64,000 bases of DNA from Antedon mediterranea (GCF_964355755.1 NC_092675.1:22106912-22170911); one strand, 5' to 3'. Positions 1 to 16,600 are shown, counted from the stretch's first letter. Made by a program: numbers and translations. The notes: a model not told the origin generated them from the letters alone.

Positions 1-379
1 GAGGAAATAATTACATATCAATACGTATTTCGCAAGCAATATCATTACCAGTAAGGCCCACGTTAGAAATGTCACAGCCTCAAAGTCAAAGTTTGAAAGT
101 ACTTTAGGGAAGACACTGGTCTTTTCACAGGAAACGGATACATGAGCGTAACTATTATGTTGTTCCCATTCGGGATTAACTGAATGTGCTAAGGCGTATA
201 AAATAGTTCCTGTAGTTTGAACGGGAGTGAACTTTTGCTTCGGCTTTAAAGAAATATTCCTGAATGATTTTAATAATGTATCTATAGCTATATTTATATA
301 AGATAATAATATTTTTATAAAAGAAAAACTTTTAGAGACTCTACTGAAAAAAAACCCACATTAGTAATACACACTGTAG

Positions 380-566
380 TACACATACTACTAAATGGTA
401 CCCTACACAGTCACTCTGGAAGTCCCATAAGATACGGTATGCTTGAATTGGAAAGTTCGTGAACAAGGCCATATACATGGCTGCAGTCGCGTGCTCAAGT
501 TAGTGTTTACCGACCGACCGACCGCCCAAACGACCAGCATAGTGAGCTGTAGAGTCGCGACTAAAA
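380..566. mobile_element. HINE-like terminal relic
   Basis: (CCGA)n microsatellite followed by TAGAGTCGCGACTAAAAA, resembling a HINE hairpin end. Confidence 0.4.
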
Positions 567-3500
567 ATAGCATTTTGGAAATGTTTAAATAATGCATTTA
601 ATACTATTAAGTATTCGATGAAAATCTAGCTTGAATCTATTATTAAATTAAACCTAATAATCACAACTGAGAAGAAATGTTAATTAGTTAATCTAGAAGC
701 AGTTGATGAAGAAAAAGAGGTATAATCCCCGGTCTCTATGCGAATTACAACCGCTAGTTAGTACCCAGGAATTTCGTACTTTCTTCGGTCTAAAATGAAG
801 TACGGTACCACTTTATTCCCATTCAATAGACTTGAATACACTTTAATTTACGGGGTACTATTGCTAACATGATTCCCGATAACCGGTTATGAACTTTAAT
901 TGGATTTTTGCTTGAAATCGATTTTCAAGACGATCAAAACAACATCATTATTTTACCACCAGTACAGCATTTTGTAAATATGAGGGTTTCCCTTTGGTAC
1001 TACCTTGACCTACATTATAACAATAGGTTTATGAAACTGTCATAAACGAGGCCTGAGGATTTGCCAGTGTACGTAAACAATAAATTTATGTTATTATTTA
1101 TTAAGCATGCTTTTCTTTACATGCAAAGAGCCATACGGTGTGTGGATGATCAACTTTTAGTTGCAATCCTATTGGTAGTTAAGAAATATCATTTAACTCA
1201 TTGGCCATTCTATGCAAATTACATCTGCGTCATATTATAATCAGTTTTAAGAATCAGTTTAGGCGAATTTAGAAGAAATTAAGCCGGGTGTACAGTAGTT
1301 CTATTGGCCTACTTTATTTTACAATATTACCACGGCTTTAATGGATCCACCCCGTGTCTTCTTAAACCCATGTGAGGGGTGTGTGGGAGTTAGATGTAGG
1401 CCTATCAGGCCTACCTTAAATGAATGGGTCGAGGAGCCGATAGCATTTAAACATTGTTTATAAAGGTCAGAAGCAGATACAGCTGATAATAATAGAATTC
1501 TAATAATGATTGATAATCACAAAAAAGGTACCATAAAACTAATCCAATGTTCGTTTATCTTTCCTAAATGTAAATTGTAAAATTGTTTATTTAGATTAGG
1601 CCTAATATTTAAATTTTATATTGTATTAATTATTTTTAATTGATAGGCCTATACAGCAGAACCCTTTTTAAAGGGACTTTCAAACCCAAATAAGAATGAC
1701 CCCTACTTTAGCCGTTTGCCGCAGTGTTATATCTTACCATAGAGATATTATAGTTATAGTTATTATAGTTCACATGATCTTACCTCGTTCAATTCCCTAC
1801 GGGAAATTTCCCCTTAATAGTGGTGTCCAAAATAAATAGTTTATTGAAAATGATTGAAAGTGTATTTCAGTTGAAAAATAATACTAAATAAATAAATGCC
1901 TATTTAAAAGCTTGAACAATGTTTATTGCAGTCAAACATCCAGTCTTATACTACATTTTTACAATAATTCCAGACAAAAAAAACCAAAACGGGTGTTACA
2001 ATTTAAACCCGTTTACAATAACGAATTCCGGATACCGTATAATAAACGGATGTGTCTGTCCGGCCACCGGACCGAATTCGAACTCAGGGTAAACATAGCT
2101 TAAATCTGGTAAGCAGAAATTACTATCTGTACAACTTTACCAGAATTGTTTACAAAAATAATTTTTAAAATACTACTACTAATATAATAGTTATTGTTAC
2201 CACGTTCATAGAGTTTAATTACAGTACTATTAGGATGTGTCAAAATTAGCTGCCATTTGGACAATATCTGATATACTGTATATAGTAAACATGTTTTGCT
2301 ATAAATTCCAAGAAATTAAACGGTTTAGTTTATAATTTACAAACGTTTCTATTGTAAAACTTTCTACCAGCCATTTTAAATAAAGTAATTTATTGGAAAA
2401 AGAAAATTGTTATTTTGCTTTGATTAAAAATGAAATTTCATAAATGAAGTTTTACAAGTAAAGAGTGGTTCCCTGTTAAAAATGTGTTCGCAAGGGCGAA
2501 ACACAATAAAAACATCGCCAGAAATAAAAGCACACATACTGTACCCATACCAACACTCGGTTTAAAGGGAAACTTTGGGTTTAAAATTTTATTTTTATAA
2601 ATCATAAATCTTTTTGATAATAACCCCAGTATCAGAGCAGCTCATAAAAGCATAACTTGATTCCAAAATTAGAAGGAACATACAAATTAAAGTATACAGA
2701 TAAAGATAGCACCTGTTTACACATAATTTACAATTTACAAAAACTCTGTACTTCTTAAAAATTCAAATAAACAGAAAAAAAAAACAACAATCTTCAACAT
2801 TATTTAGAAAATATACATTTAACATAACACTAGAAATAATTTCTTAACTTTCATTTACATAATTGTTTTTGAACTTTTATACTTATTCCAAAATCATAAT
2901 CCATTTTCAACTTATATTGTCTGAATGAATAATAAGAAAAGAATTAATTAGATGAGAGGAACTGAACCACATAATTGAAAATAAATATTTTGTATGAAAT
3001 AAAGACAGAATCAGTGAGTGATAAATGTTTTCATTTCTAATCTGAGCATTGGACTCTGGACTTATCTACTTAGTGCAGGTGCCTTACCATTGGACCACTC
3101 AGCTTTCATGGTAAGGTACAGTCCGATTGAATATCGACTCTTTCACTCATAAACAATAATGCAATTAACTAATATATATACAGACAAGATGCCAATTGTT
3201 ACACATGTGCGAGAAAACATGTACATGCACTCATGCACTGATTAACTGTACCTTTATGTGGTGTCACCAATATTTAATAAGTAGTATTGTATGTATGGTA
3301 CAGCATTAAAAGCCGTATATATAACATTAAACTGAATCCCCAGATGCTTTATCTAGCTGCAATAATGTTGTTTACCTTACAACAAACCTTTAACAAATGG
3401 GGGAGGTGGGGGTGGGAAGTGGTGAGGAGGTACACTGAACACCACATACTATTTATGTTAAAAATGGTTCATTCTATTCTATGCATAAGTAAATCCAGGG

Positions 3501-4627
3501 AACGCAAAATCTGGGACTTTCTGTATTGTTTATATGAAGAGAAATAGTTACAAAACAAAATAATTGCATTGTGTTTATCGTTTGACCGTTGCCTCTTTTA
3601 GACCCAATATTTTGTTTCTCACTGGTATGCTAATTATAACCATTTCAAGTAGGCAACTGAACTAATTTCAATATAACTAACCTACAAAGTACAGTATTGG
3701 CTGAAATTGTGTTATTGGGCTTAATGACCTTTGCCTACATTACGTTAAAGTGACCAAAATACGCAATTTATCAGTGCTGTCACATGCGCTGTCTAAACAA
3801 TTATATGGTTGTATTGTTGACTTGATAACTATCTTTTACAGATAGACTTTGAAGTATTATAAATATTATTGATAAATGTCAAAATAACAGAGTGGCATAC
3901 AAAGGAAATCAATAATAAGTCAGCAAAAATTAATCTAGTAACTTTACTGTGATAACACATTACGATTGTTGCATCAGAGAATGAAATGTTTTAATTTTGA
4001 TTTATCTGTTTGTCTTGTTGAATTTTTTCTATTTACTCATTTTTAAACAGTCTTATTTTCAAATGAAATAAATAAATTTAAGTGCAATAAATAAAACGTA
4101 AAAATTAACGTATCTACCTAGGTTTTTAAAAATGGGTAAATAGACCTACACTTTAGAAACTATAAATAAATATTAGCAACCCTTCGTTTTTCATGACGTG
4201 TAATGTGTATACACAGTTATTCAGTGTAATAGTCATTCTGCACAAAGTCTGTGACTTCAACAAGTGACAGCAGCATTTGACGACTGATGACAAAACTACT
4301 AGTTCATTGTGCGCATGTGGAAATATTGGGACAGGTATCCTCGCTGCTCACCTCGACAAAGGTTTGATGGTTTCTAGGTCCAGCCGATCAACCTGACCTA
4401 CGTTGCCAGTCAACTCTCGACCGTTGCAAATCAAAAGCTCAAAATATATCAATATAAGTGTACAGTTTTTAAATTCGAACCATGATTTCAATGTTAATTT
4501 GATTACAGATCTTCAACAAAAGTTCCATATAAAAATCCACATGACAACAAAAATTGTTTGTTTGGATTCGAACGTCTTGGTTACCAGCATCTTAATCACC
4601 ACACCATAGACATTCTCGACAAAACAC

Positions 4628-7600
4628 TTAGAAATCAGCGTATTCTGTTCCTAGAAGACCCCTACAGAGAAGACTGAACTCCTTCACAATATCACGAAAT
4701 TGACGTTTATTCGCTCGTTCTCTGAAAGACACAACACAATTTTCGAAATTGGTTTAGTATTAAAGTTATAATCCAAATTTGTTGAGGTGGAAGTCAGATC
4801 GAGATTGTGAAGCATCTGATTGTGCAACAAACTTTTGGCGATCATTTGAAATCAATTTCAAGTTCTTAAGATCAGTACTTTGTAATTGTAAAAAAAAAAA
4901 AAAAAAAAAAAAAAGCTTTTAAAAATTTAACACTTTATACAAAAAGTACAATAGACAACAGTAATTCGTAAGTTTGGTGGAATCATTCATGATTTACCTA
5001 ATGGCATTGTAATCGAGCCACAATAACAAATATACGTATTGGTTTAGTGAACAGCAGCCAGGATGGATCAAATATTCTTATTTTATCTAGTAGTACAGTA
5101 GTACAATTTATTGAGGTGTAGCAATCTTGGCGCAAATTGTTTATTTTAGTAGAGTAGATAGAACACTAAACATTGCCTATTAGTGCATATTTGATCTTCC
5201 AATCAATAATGATCTTAAAGGAAGTAAAAATTACTGAAATACAAGATGAAGGTAACAAGCAAACATATGAATGACAGATGGGGCTCTGTCCACCTGGTAA
5301 CTTGTTTGCTAGATTGCATAATGCCAAGTTTTAATCCAGGGTCCACCTGGGTTTACATCCAGGGCGATGTATTGTTTCTTATCAGCTGAATGGTGCATTG
5401 TATCAGGTACGCTGCACAATGTAATTAATAAGTTAAATATTATCACAAAAATTATCATAATCTATGATCTTTATACAATGTTAATTTGTATACAGTTCAA
5501 TTGTGACCCAATTCATACTGTTTGCTTGTATTTGAAATTGACAGCATATTTTCTGCAAGGTAATCAATTACAGTATTATGTAAGACTTGCAAAATGGATT
5601 ATCTATTTAATGTGATTAATTCTCTTAACTTTTGAGGGATGTTCAGAGTACAGTATTGACATTATAGAGGTTTCGTATAGTGAAGTCACCTTATAATTAG
5701 TGTTATAATTTAACCAAGCCCTGTTTCTGCTGCGAAAAAATAACTGATTATTAACCGTATGAATAAGTTAACTCAATTTCTTGACAGCAGAAACAGGACA
5801 AATTTTCAATAATCAGTTTATTGCAGCATGGTTAAAGCACCCCAACCATATTGAGGGTTAGAACGCCATTTAACAGGTTAACACTGTTAACGCAACTTTT
5901 AGCTCCATAGCAAAAAAATTGGGTTTTTTTTTACAGCTGTAGTATCTTTAAAATGTGATCACCGTGATCCTATAGAATTTTGGGTTAATTCTAACAATTT
6001 TTATAATTATAAACAGTAATTTTGGAGCACAAACATTTTATTTAAAACAAATGGTTTATTGGGGGCTATCTACAGCAGAAACAGGCCTAAAGTATCAAAC
6101 ATGTTGAATAAAACTTTCTATGCTGGCCTTTCTTACTGATTTAAATTCCATGATATCAGTATAATCATGAAAGGAAAACATTCAACACGAAAACATGAAC
6201 CAATGATTATGTACTGTAAATTACACATGATCATCAGTAGTAAAGGTTAAATTATGTTTCAATAAGTTAGTACAGTACGTATACTTTTTCAATAGCACTA
6301 TCTGAAACTGAAAGTTGAAATGTATTATTGTTTCTGGGGTCTTTCTCGAGACCAGAAACTTGATTTTTTTCTAGAGAAGACCCCAAATGATGGCTTATTA
6401 CCATATTTTCATTAAAAAAATGTACACACCTATATATTATACTGTTTAATGCCATTGTTGAACAAATAAATGGTTTTTTTTTTTAACTTTTTGAAATGTC
6501 CTCTGTAAGTATGATACTCAAAACAATGAAATAAACACACCATCGTGTTTCAATATTTCAACATTAATTAAGTCACAAATGACCTGCTTGATTTTGAAAT
6601 ACACCTAAAATATGTTGAAATATCCAATTCTATCCTAATGGATTTCCTTGTGTAGGTTATACTTTCGATAGGATATTATATTTCTTTATGAGCCACTTTG
6701 GTTGCTCATAGTTTAATTAAGCACATATTTTTTATATTTTGTCTTTAGGCACATGTGGCCAGCGATGAACAATAGTAAACTGTCCTATCAGATAGGTGGT
6801 AATCTCCCTGGTACACAGGGGCTATTTTGTAAACCAGTTCACCAGGGTAACCCCCTACTCGTTTTGAATGATGAACTGGGTTCTTTAAATTGAACACATG
6901 TTATAACTATGTAAACTGGACCTTTGGTTTATAGTCCTTATCCGAGAAGACTTGTTCCACCACCAGAACTAGGAGGGAGTCGGCCTCGAACCATGCATAT
7001 ATTGCTGGCTCTTTTAAGTATGGTAAACGGCGCCCCTGTCTTAACCGCTCAGCCATTTGACTCTTAACTCTTGACCGACAATGACAAATTTAAGTGAAAT
7101 TGATCTATTATTGCAACTTGATTGACTTATGAAACAATGTAATCATTCTTGACCTCTCATAATATTTAATACTGGTATTTCCATTGTATTTAAATGACCC
7201 AAAAAAATGTTAACTATATAATATTTTATATCATTTGCTTTATATAGCGACTCACAATTTCAAAATATGTGTACAGTAGTTGTACAGTAAACAGTTTAAT
7301 TATTATTATTTTTGTTTTAATATCCTAAATTTTTTTATTTTAATTTAATTTTATGTCAACTGTTGTAATGCAAATTATTTTATTGTTCACTATTTTTTTT
7401 AGTTGTTCCTTTCTTTCTGTAAAATATACTTTTATTTCCCATTTTCGAGAATGACCTTACGGTAAAAACTGTTTTCATTTAAAAATAAATCTCATTATTA
7501 TTACTAGGTACACTTTTAATAACTTGATAAAAAGCTAATTTTTAATTTAGAGTCCTATAATATCTCATATATGATCTTTAAAAACAAAACATTCAAACTT

Positions 7601-10600
7601 AAAAGGAAACAAAATGTATTGTCTTATCATTGGGGTTTATACAGATTTTAAAGTAAAACTCTTTCAATTAGATTTTAAAATACTATGGCAGAATAATGAT
7701 AGGCATCTCTATTTTCCTTGTATCCTTGTATACATTCAGATTACACAAGGGTAATTATTTCAACTCCTCATATTTGCTTACCTTTACCTTTACAAATTAT
7801 TGCTGACATTGTATATTAAACGTTTGCATTCTGATTATTACTACACATTATATTATGTATTTATGAGATAGAGTAGGATATTGACATTAGCTGAGAAAAA
7901 AGACAGAAAAATGGGTGCTTTACAAGGTGACATTGTATTAACATCATGATGATTTTATTGGAGTTATCTAGTGTCGGATAAAAAGAAATATATAAAATAA
8001 AGTTATACAATAAAAAGAAAAATCCTATTTCTATAATCCCTCAATAACTAATTTAGGCTAAACATGGACACAGTACCATAACACTGTATGATTTGAATCC
8101 ACAAATATGGTATTAAATTATAGCATAAACTGGGCTAGCCTCAGCTAATATTAAATATATATATGATATTAACAAATCCTATCGAATTTGAACAATAAAA
8201 AACTCCAGTGGCCTAATATAATGGTTAGGGCTGATATCAGGCAAAAAGTTTGAATTTCGATTTGAGGTGGCTTTTTCTCATACTCACAGATTTCCTCATC
8301 TTTACCATTTTTAGATTAATCAATTAATATTTACTAACTGTATATCACTCACTGGTTTAGAATTTCTGTGCCTGTCAATTTATATTAATAAATCAAATTC
8401 CATACAGTTGAAACTATTGTTAAAAAATGGGCATTGATGGCCATGGGTAACTGTCAAATAAATGACAGATAAAAATGATACCAACTTAACAACCGCATCA
8501 AGGCACACATAGTTTACAAGCACATTAATGTACTTATGACATAGAATATTGACTTTAACAGGAGAAAAGCAAATTAACAAATTTAACAATAGGTGTTTTT
8601 ACAAGGTGACATTGTAATAAACATTCGTCATTGTTAACAATAACATTATTTGATTTGAATTATGTAATACTGTACATACATCAAAACAATAGGAAAACAG
8701 ATAAAAGGATAGTAGCTAAGTTTCCTTGAAAATGCAAATGCAAAAGTGGTCTCTCCACAGCATTATATTTTGCTTTTGGTGATCCTGCCGGCCTTTGGGG
8801 TGAAAGTTTAGTTATTTTTTAGTTTATTTTGCCGCTGTCTATATTTCTAAATTCTAATTAAACAAATTGGTGACAGACTTTATAAATTTTTAAACCTAAG
8901 CAAATATTGTAAATGACATTTATAATGTTAAATTTACTTATTTTAAAGATGTATTGTCTCTTTGTCAAATTCCAAAAAAAAAATAAAAATAAAAAGGTTT
9001 TGAAAAAAAGTGGGTCATTTTGAAGTATCATAATAGTTATTAACTTTCACCAAAAATTAGTCGAAAAAAAATCATTTAACTGAAATAAAGACTTCCAGTC
9101 AAAGTTTTCGATCAAAACATATCTTATAATGCAATGCGCTTATTTGGCTACTCTGTATGCATTAAATCATAAAACTTCCTCGCGATCTGTGTGAAAACAC
9201 CTTCTCAACCGTGACGAGTTGTAAACAATCCTAATTAGCATCATGCATAATGTATACTCATGGTTTAAAATCTTTGTTTACTTTTGCTCGCGACTATTTT
9301 CCAGACGAAATGTAATCAAATTAATTTAGCTGTTAATTACGTAAAATGGTTGTTTTTGGCCTGAATTTTTGACTTAAAGTGAATAACTTTAATATTACTT
9401 TGATATGGCCAATTAGTATATTTTGACCTTCATTTTTTTGTGTTTTAAGGGACAATACATCTTTAATTTACAAAGTCAGTAACTATTTGTACCATTTAGG
9501 TCAATACAAATATATATATATATTGTAGAAATGGTGGCAATCTTATTGATTATAACTACTAATCTTTTCACTTTGTTGCTGACGCCCTCTAGTATTTATA
9601 TCTTGTCCATGGTATCAACACAGTAAGAGAAGTGACTAATACTAATTGCTTTCTTAACCTCAAACTTTCGTTTTGTAATTTATTTAAAACATTATGTAAC
9701 AATGGGAATTTCCAGAGTTCCTTCTATATGTTTTCAATCCAGCTTATTATCTATAAATAACTGGGTAATTTATTATTTTATAAATACTATCTACTATATA
9801 AATCAACTATGAACTTTATGGTATTTTCCATCAAACAGATATTAGTGCCAGATAAAACAAGTGCAAATATTAATTATCTTCAAATGATAACTAAATAAAA
9901 CGTCACAAAAAATCATTTGTACCTTATTATTGAAAAGATAAAAAAAGAGAGTTAAACTTTGTACATTACAAAAGGCGCTGTCAACAAAAATTGTTAACGA
10001 GAGCAAACTTCAAAGTCATGACTTTGACATAAGCGTAACATTCTCAGAGGTCGTTGTTAGGGAGAAAAAAAAATTGATGGCTACACTGTATTAAACTGTA
10101 AACTCTCTCAATACATTCTCATTTGCTTGTTTTCAGTTTCGAATACAATTTCCAGGGGAAAATCACAGATTTTGATTTCTGTGTAGGGCCTAAAAATTTT
10201 AATAACAAAGTGCTGAACTTAAGATAATACACTCAATCCTTTGCATTACAATTTTTGAAATTTAGTGGATGAAAGGAGGTGGTGGTTTGGGGAGCCTCTC
10301 AATAGAGAGACTTTTAATATACTATATCTGTTTTGTTTGTTCAAATGGTTTAGAACATCTGCATATGAAGCAGAAGGTTCCGAGTTTGACTGTCAATCGG
10401 GGTGGCTTTTTCTCATTCTCACCGATTTCCTCAATTCTAAATAAATTAATTTTCAGTATGTTACCAGGCAGTTTGAAATTCCTTCCTTTAAAACAAAATA
10501 AATTCCTTGTTACACTCGCATTGAAGTTCTAATTTCATGAAAATTTCATGAACATACATCAGACAGAGCAGTTACTCTATAATTTTGCGCATCCATCCCA

Positions 10601-13600
10601 TAATATTCGCGCTACTTTTATATAGTCAAGTAGTTTATATTGTGTCGATATTCTTTGTTAGTATCTGCAGAATGGTATTGAAGATGCACCAAATCATTTG
10701 TAGTGTCTGATATCAATTAATATCACAATCAGTTGCTACTGATAAACATACTAAAACAAATCCTATGAAGTCAAACTGGGGACATGACCTTAATTCTTTG
10801 ACCTACGACGGAATGTGGGAAGAAAATTGCAAATCATTTTAGTAGAGGGACAAACAATTGGAAGAAGCGCAAGTATCTGCAGTGTAAGGAAAAATGTTTT
10901 GCAATCCACATAACAATAAAACTGTATAGTTTCAACTACAAAACTTGTAATTTGAGGTCTAAAAAAAGATGGGTGTTCAGCTACATGGTGTAATAAGTGT
11001 ATTGTAGCTGAATACCTTGGCTATCAATTACTGTATCTTTTTTCTTAAGTCAAGATAGTTATGAAGTGCATAAGTGAAAAAGTGAGCCTTTATTTATCGT
11101 TTTATCTTATGGAATCAACTTTTTCATACAAGATTTAAGAACAAATATTTAAAAATGTTTGCTTAGGTCCATTTTGAAGATTAACTTAAGCAAAATCATT
11201 GACATAGTTAAGATTTCTTATGCTAAGCATGGTTGATAAATCTGACTTATGGCGCAGTTGATAAATAACCCACAAATGCAATTCACTTGACTTTCACATT
11301 GAACAGAATGACACAACGATTACGAAACAAGAATAAAAAACTTAATGAACTCACCTCATTAAACTTTTAGCAAACTGTTCTCGTTGCACTTTGTTAGCCC
11401 TTGGTAATTCTAACGTATGACTCATAATCACTTCGGGCATTATCGTGGTGAAGTGACTGTTGCAGTTCTTGCTGTACGAGAAAATGACATCACTCATCGG
11501 TTCCACCAGCGATCGAGGAGCAGCACCACTAATAGCCTGAAAATCATGTGATTTAATTAATGCATTTATAATTCTAAATATGATGATACCCAATCATAAT
11601 ACACAATGAATAGGGATTGGCTATGGTGTTAATAAATTTCCCGATTTTTGTTTCATGAGAAGGTGTCCTTCAAGGAAGGGGTAAAACTGTACAAAAAAAG
11701 TGAACAATAAAATTTCTGTATTTTTAATGGAACACTGGTTTCTTTCAAGATCATTTTACACCTTGACTTCACAGTAAACCAGGTATTTTGAAAATTTGAT
11801 GGCAGATGAGTTGGGTGGTGTGACTGTATAAGTATTGGTGATTTTAGCAAATGAGTAGATTTTATATACGGATTCAAATACCTTTATAAGTAATTCAAGA
11901 AGTGCTTGGCCTTGCTGAGTGACTGTTTGAGCGTACATTGGAACCTTATTAGATTGCGCTATAAAAATGTTCTAAAAAAAAAAAAAACAACTTTAACGCA
12001 ATGATTTAAAAAAACGAAAAGAATTGAACACAGTAACATGGAACTGTATACTCAATCAACAAGTTCACCCTTCCACTAAATGGTTAACATACTTAAGTTT
12101 GAATATGCATACAGTATCCCCTCTCTCCTGAGCTAAAAACATGCTTTCTATTCCTACAAGAGACTGATATTTTCACTAATGGAAACCACATACTACACAC
12201 ATATTCACTCCAATACACATCTTTTCTGTTTCAAAAACATAGAGACATGAATTTATTATCTACAGTATACTAATAAACATATGCACTCTTTTAAATTGGC
12301 AATTCAACCCAATAACACTAACCCAGAAGAGGTATATACAAGGTATCTCTATGGAGTAGAGGAGTAGAATATAGAGGAGTCTCTCATGTGGGTGGGTAAA
12401 TGTCACAGCGGTACTGCTGTTGTCCAGATATGCATTAAAACATTCCAGCACTACTATCAAGTCCAGGTACCTTCTTTGACGTGTACGGTACAATGTAAAT
12501 ATTACATTGAGAATGTTTACCTTTGTTTGCCTACGTGAGATCATTCATGAGATATTTTAAATGGTTCAATTGTTTGGAGTACTTGACACTATGTGTAATA
12601 GTGTTAATACTGTCACCTTAAGCATACAGTCCAAAAAATGACATTACGAAATCGTAGAACAATGTTTAGTATATCAAAAGCGGGTAACTAAAGCTCTGAA
12701 ACCACACAAAGTCCTTTACTTGTTTGACTTCTGTAGAAAAATATAATTTTCTTTGTGTCCGCCATACTGACTAATATCATAAATCTCACAATACACATGA
12801 ACACATAATACAATAATAATTAATTATGTATCTAATATTTAATTTCACTGTAATACGGAGTGAGTGCATACTGTAACTATACATTTAAAGCACAATTGAG
12901 TTATAAATATCGGATTATGGGAGTATGTTTCCATACGTGTTTGATCCAAAAAATGACTGGGGTAATAATGTTCAGCGCTTAGAGAAGCTTGCTTGTAGAG
13001 CTCTATATAAGAATACACTATTATTACAGTACTTATCTATTTAATGGTATAACTTTGGTGTCTTATGGATTTTTATTTATATTTATTTACAAATAAGAAA
13101 CATATTGCTTACAAAAAAGTTACAAGTAGCTTTCACGGTGGGTTGTTCAGGTAGAGTTATTGACACAAGACCACACTGGAATATAGCCGATGGACTCATA
13201 TCATTTGATATCAATATGTTAGGCTGTGTTTTCAGAATCTTTGTACACATATTCATGTAAGCTTCTATCACCTCTGTGTGTTCTCGAATGTTACCTAAAA
13301 GTCAAAAAAGTATAAAGATCTAATAATATATATAAGATATAATGTAATTTGATTGCAGTGATATGCATGTCAAATGTTTTTAAAATATTGTAATGTATAT
13401 TTACGCAAATAAAATGGGTGTGATTTGGACTGAAGTAACTCCAACTACTGGAAAAAAACACCGACGTTACAACCGACAAAAAGTCATTCTAAATCTCTGT
13501 CTACGCTATCAGACTAGTTTGACAAAAAAGTGTGAGATGCTCAGATATGGTAGTGATATGCCCAAACATGGTAGTGATATGACATCACCATGTCCTTATA

Positions 13601-16600
13601 TGGGTACATCACATTTTTTTGTCACATAAAGTTTGATGGTGTAGACAGAGCTTTAGACACTTAAAAGCATACACAGAATGACTCTGAGACTCAAAATGCT
13701 TAGAAATGAGAAGAAAAAAAAAGGATTGACCATAAGATATAATATTTTAATTGTTTTTACCTGACTGGAAAAGAGAGAGTGTCTTGTTTGTAAGCTGCAG
13801 TATGAGTGACTGTGTATTGGCAGAATAAGCCTCATTAAGACTAAACAACATAAGCATCTTAAAAAAACCAAAACATTGTTAATATTATATTGTTCAGCTT
13901 TTTAAATTGTTTAAATCTAGTTGCTGAGCTTTCATATTGCGGTTCCCCCTTGAAATTTGGGGCAAAGTGAAGAGTAAAAAATACATACATTTGAATCAAG
14001 TTCAGATGGTTACGCAGGGCTTAAGTGAAAACTGAATATTTATAAGTCATCAACCAGTCCTTATCATAAGAAATGGATTTTGCACAACAAAAATATCACA
14101 AATATTTGTAAAGGTTATTTTGAAAACCGACTTCATTTGGCAGTTTCATACCGCTGATCAGTGCTCCTCAATTTAGGTTCAATTTCATATACCATGATTG
14201 AACTATAATCCAATTGTCTACTACAGATCACTAATGAAGAGTTCTTACCTGTTGGGAAAGGTCTAAGATGGGTACATGAGGAGAGGCTGTGTAGATCTGT
14301 ACAAGGAGCTCACAAATACCAGGTACCATTGGACCAACATCATCCAGTAATGTAGTAATGGCTCGCTTAAGAAATTCACAAATTGACTGTAAAACAATAA
14401 GTATATTAATTTTTTTTAATGTGAATATTGAATAGGAATTCCAACACATTGTTAGTAGAAGACTAATGAAAACAATAACCACTGCCCTAGTATGTTGAGG
14501 CAGAGTTGTACAGTCTTACATATTACTTATACACACCACTCATATCTATATTCTTTGTTTTATCCATAGAGTAAATTGATATGGCAATATCAACATATTA
14601 AATATGGTATGATGTATGGATGAATAGACACAATCACCTCAGAAAGGAGATGGATGGGAACAAATGTCAGTGTTCTTATGGTTGAAGGAAGGAAGGAAAG
14701 AAGGAAGAAACTCTCCCAATAATGGATTTTCTAAAAACCAGAAACTCCAAAAAACCAGACTTTTCCAGAATAACCTCATATATATATATATTTGCTTAGA
14801 GTAATATTTTACCTGAACAATACCAAGATCACAAACCCAGACTTCCAAAACCTTCTGTAAGATAGGAAACACCCTCTGCAGAAGGAATGAGACAGGTTGT
14901 GGGTCTTGACTGGATGTGACTGCTGATCCTAGGCCCTGGTTCTCCTTGTCTTCTCTGCGTATGTCAAGGGTTGCCGATAGGCTGGCTAGCATATTCACCT
15001 TCACAAGAATTGTACCCTTACTTGCAGCAGAGGGCTAGTGTTAAGAACAACACAAATTATACAAATTAGTTGTGTTGGTAATCTATGCGTACTATTATAC
15101 TTTTTGAATATTTACAGAGCAAAAGATGTGTACATGCAGGAATACTAGCACTTTCATGTAATAACATAATTTCCTCCACTAAAAAAGTCACACAAAGTTT
15201 GCCTTTTTTAAAAACAATTATTAATGGCAAGTATGTTTCCTTTTGATGTGATAATGTACAATTTTTCTGGCTATAATTTTTTTTTTTCTGTAAAGTACAG
15301 TAAAATTTTCCGAAACCAGACTCTCGAAAAACCAGAACTTTTGTTAGGATAGGACATTCCAAAGGTGTCCAGAATTGTCTGTAGTCACTTATTTTTTATC
15401 TTTTCTTCAGTATTTCTATTTGTTTAATATTTGTTTATTTTGAATAATTAAAAAAAAATGTTGTTTATAATTAATTAGTAGTAGTATGATCAATTTAATG
15501 TCCATGCTGTAAACATTTAAAAACATTCCAAGATATCAAGAAACAAATGCAATTTATTTATATTCAATATATTACTTGGGGTACCCGAGTCAAGCACTCT
15601 CTCATCTTCTCCTCTATCCGACACTATTGAGTAAAAAGTGCGATTTAAAGTACTACTCCTCCCTTATTCATTGTAGTATTGAGCTGGGATTTGTCAAGAA
15701 TATACTACAGGGACATGTACTATAGAGCCGGATTTTTAAATTTCAAACCGGATGCAGCCATATGACGTCTCGAAGATGGTACCATATAGTCGTATAAACT
15801 ATTTGGTAGCGAGGTTTATTGATGTGTATGTGATGTCACATCCCGTCTTATGACGTCATTACAGCTTCTTTTGCTGTACATTCGTGCTTGTTTTATGTTT
15901 CTTTTCACATGTTTAAATCTTTTGTGCAATATGATATAATAGAGGGTAATATAGAGGGAGCTACAATATTTCTGTTTTTTTTTGGTCTCTACTTTGCCCA
16001 AAAGAGGGTGCTATAAACATTTCTGAGTAGACATGGGATATTACAGTATTCAACAGTGTTACTAGCAGTAGTGACAGAACATGTTTTAATCAATTTATAT
16101 TATACAAACATTGATAAGGTTGAGGGACTCTATAAACATTTCTTTTTAGATAGTCTACAAATAAAGAGGGGGCTATACAGAACTACAATTAGACCAGTTA
16201 TTACCTACGTAGATGGCATGAATTTAAGCATTCATACTAATAATAATACTGTAACTGTATATATACATATATAATAACTTAATAGAGTATTAAATAAATA
16301 CAAGAAATATTCATTCATAATAATGTTTTTAGTATATTAATATGTATAAATAGATAAGTTAGTATCAAATACTTGTGGTAAAAATTAGCCATCCAACTTA
16401 ACTTGTACCTCACATACCCATGCTAGCCACAGAGAGCAGCACATTTTTTATGCACATGATTAATATAATAGTAATATAGCGGGGAAGAGTGAAATTACAT
16501 TTCCTGGTAATGAACATTTTTAATCCATGACAAACTTATATAACAGCATGGTTATGGTCTTAAATTTGTGCTGCCATTTGTTTAAACCTTTTATGGTTAA

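Noticed and set aside
7860-8640. Degenerate direct repeats (TTTACAAGGTGACATTGTA at about 7919 and 8598; similar pair at about 27027 and 27206)
   Set aside because: Most simply old local duplications. No snoRNA boxes or conserved structure could be supported.
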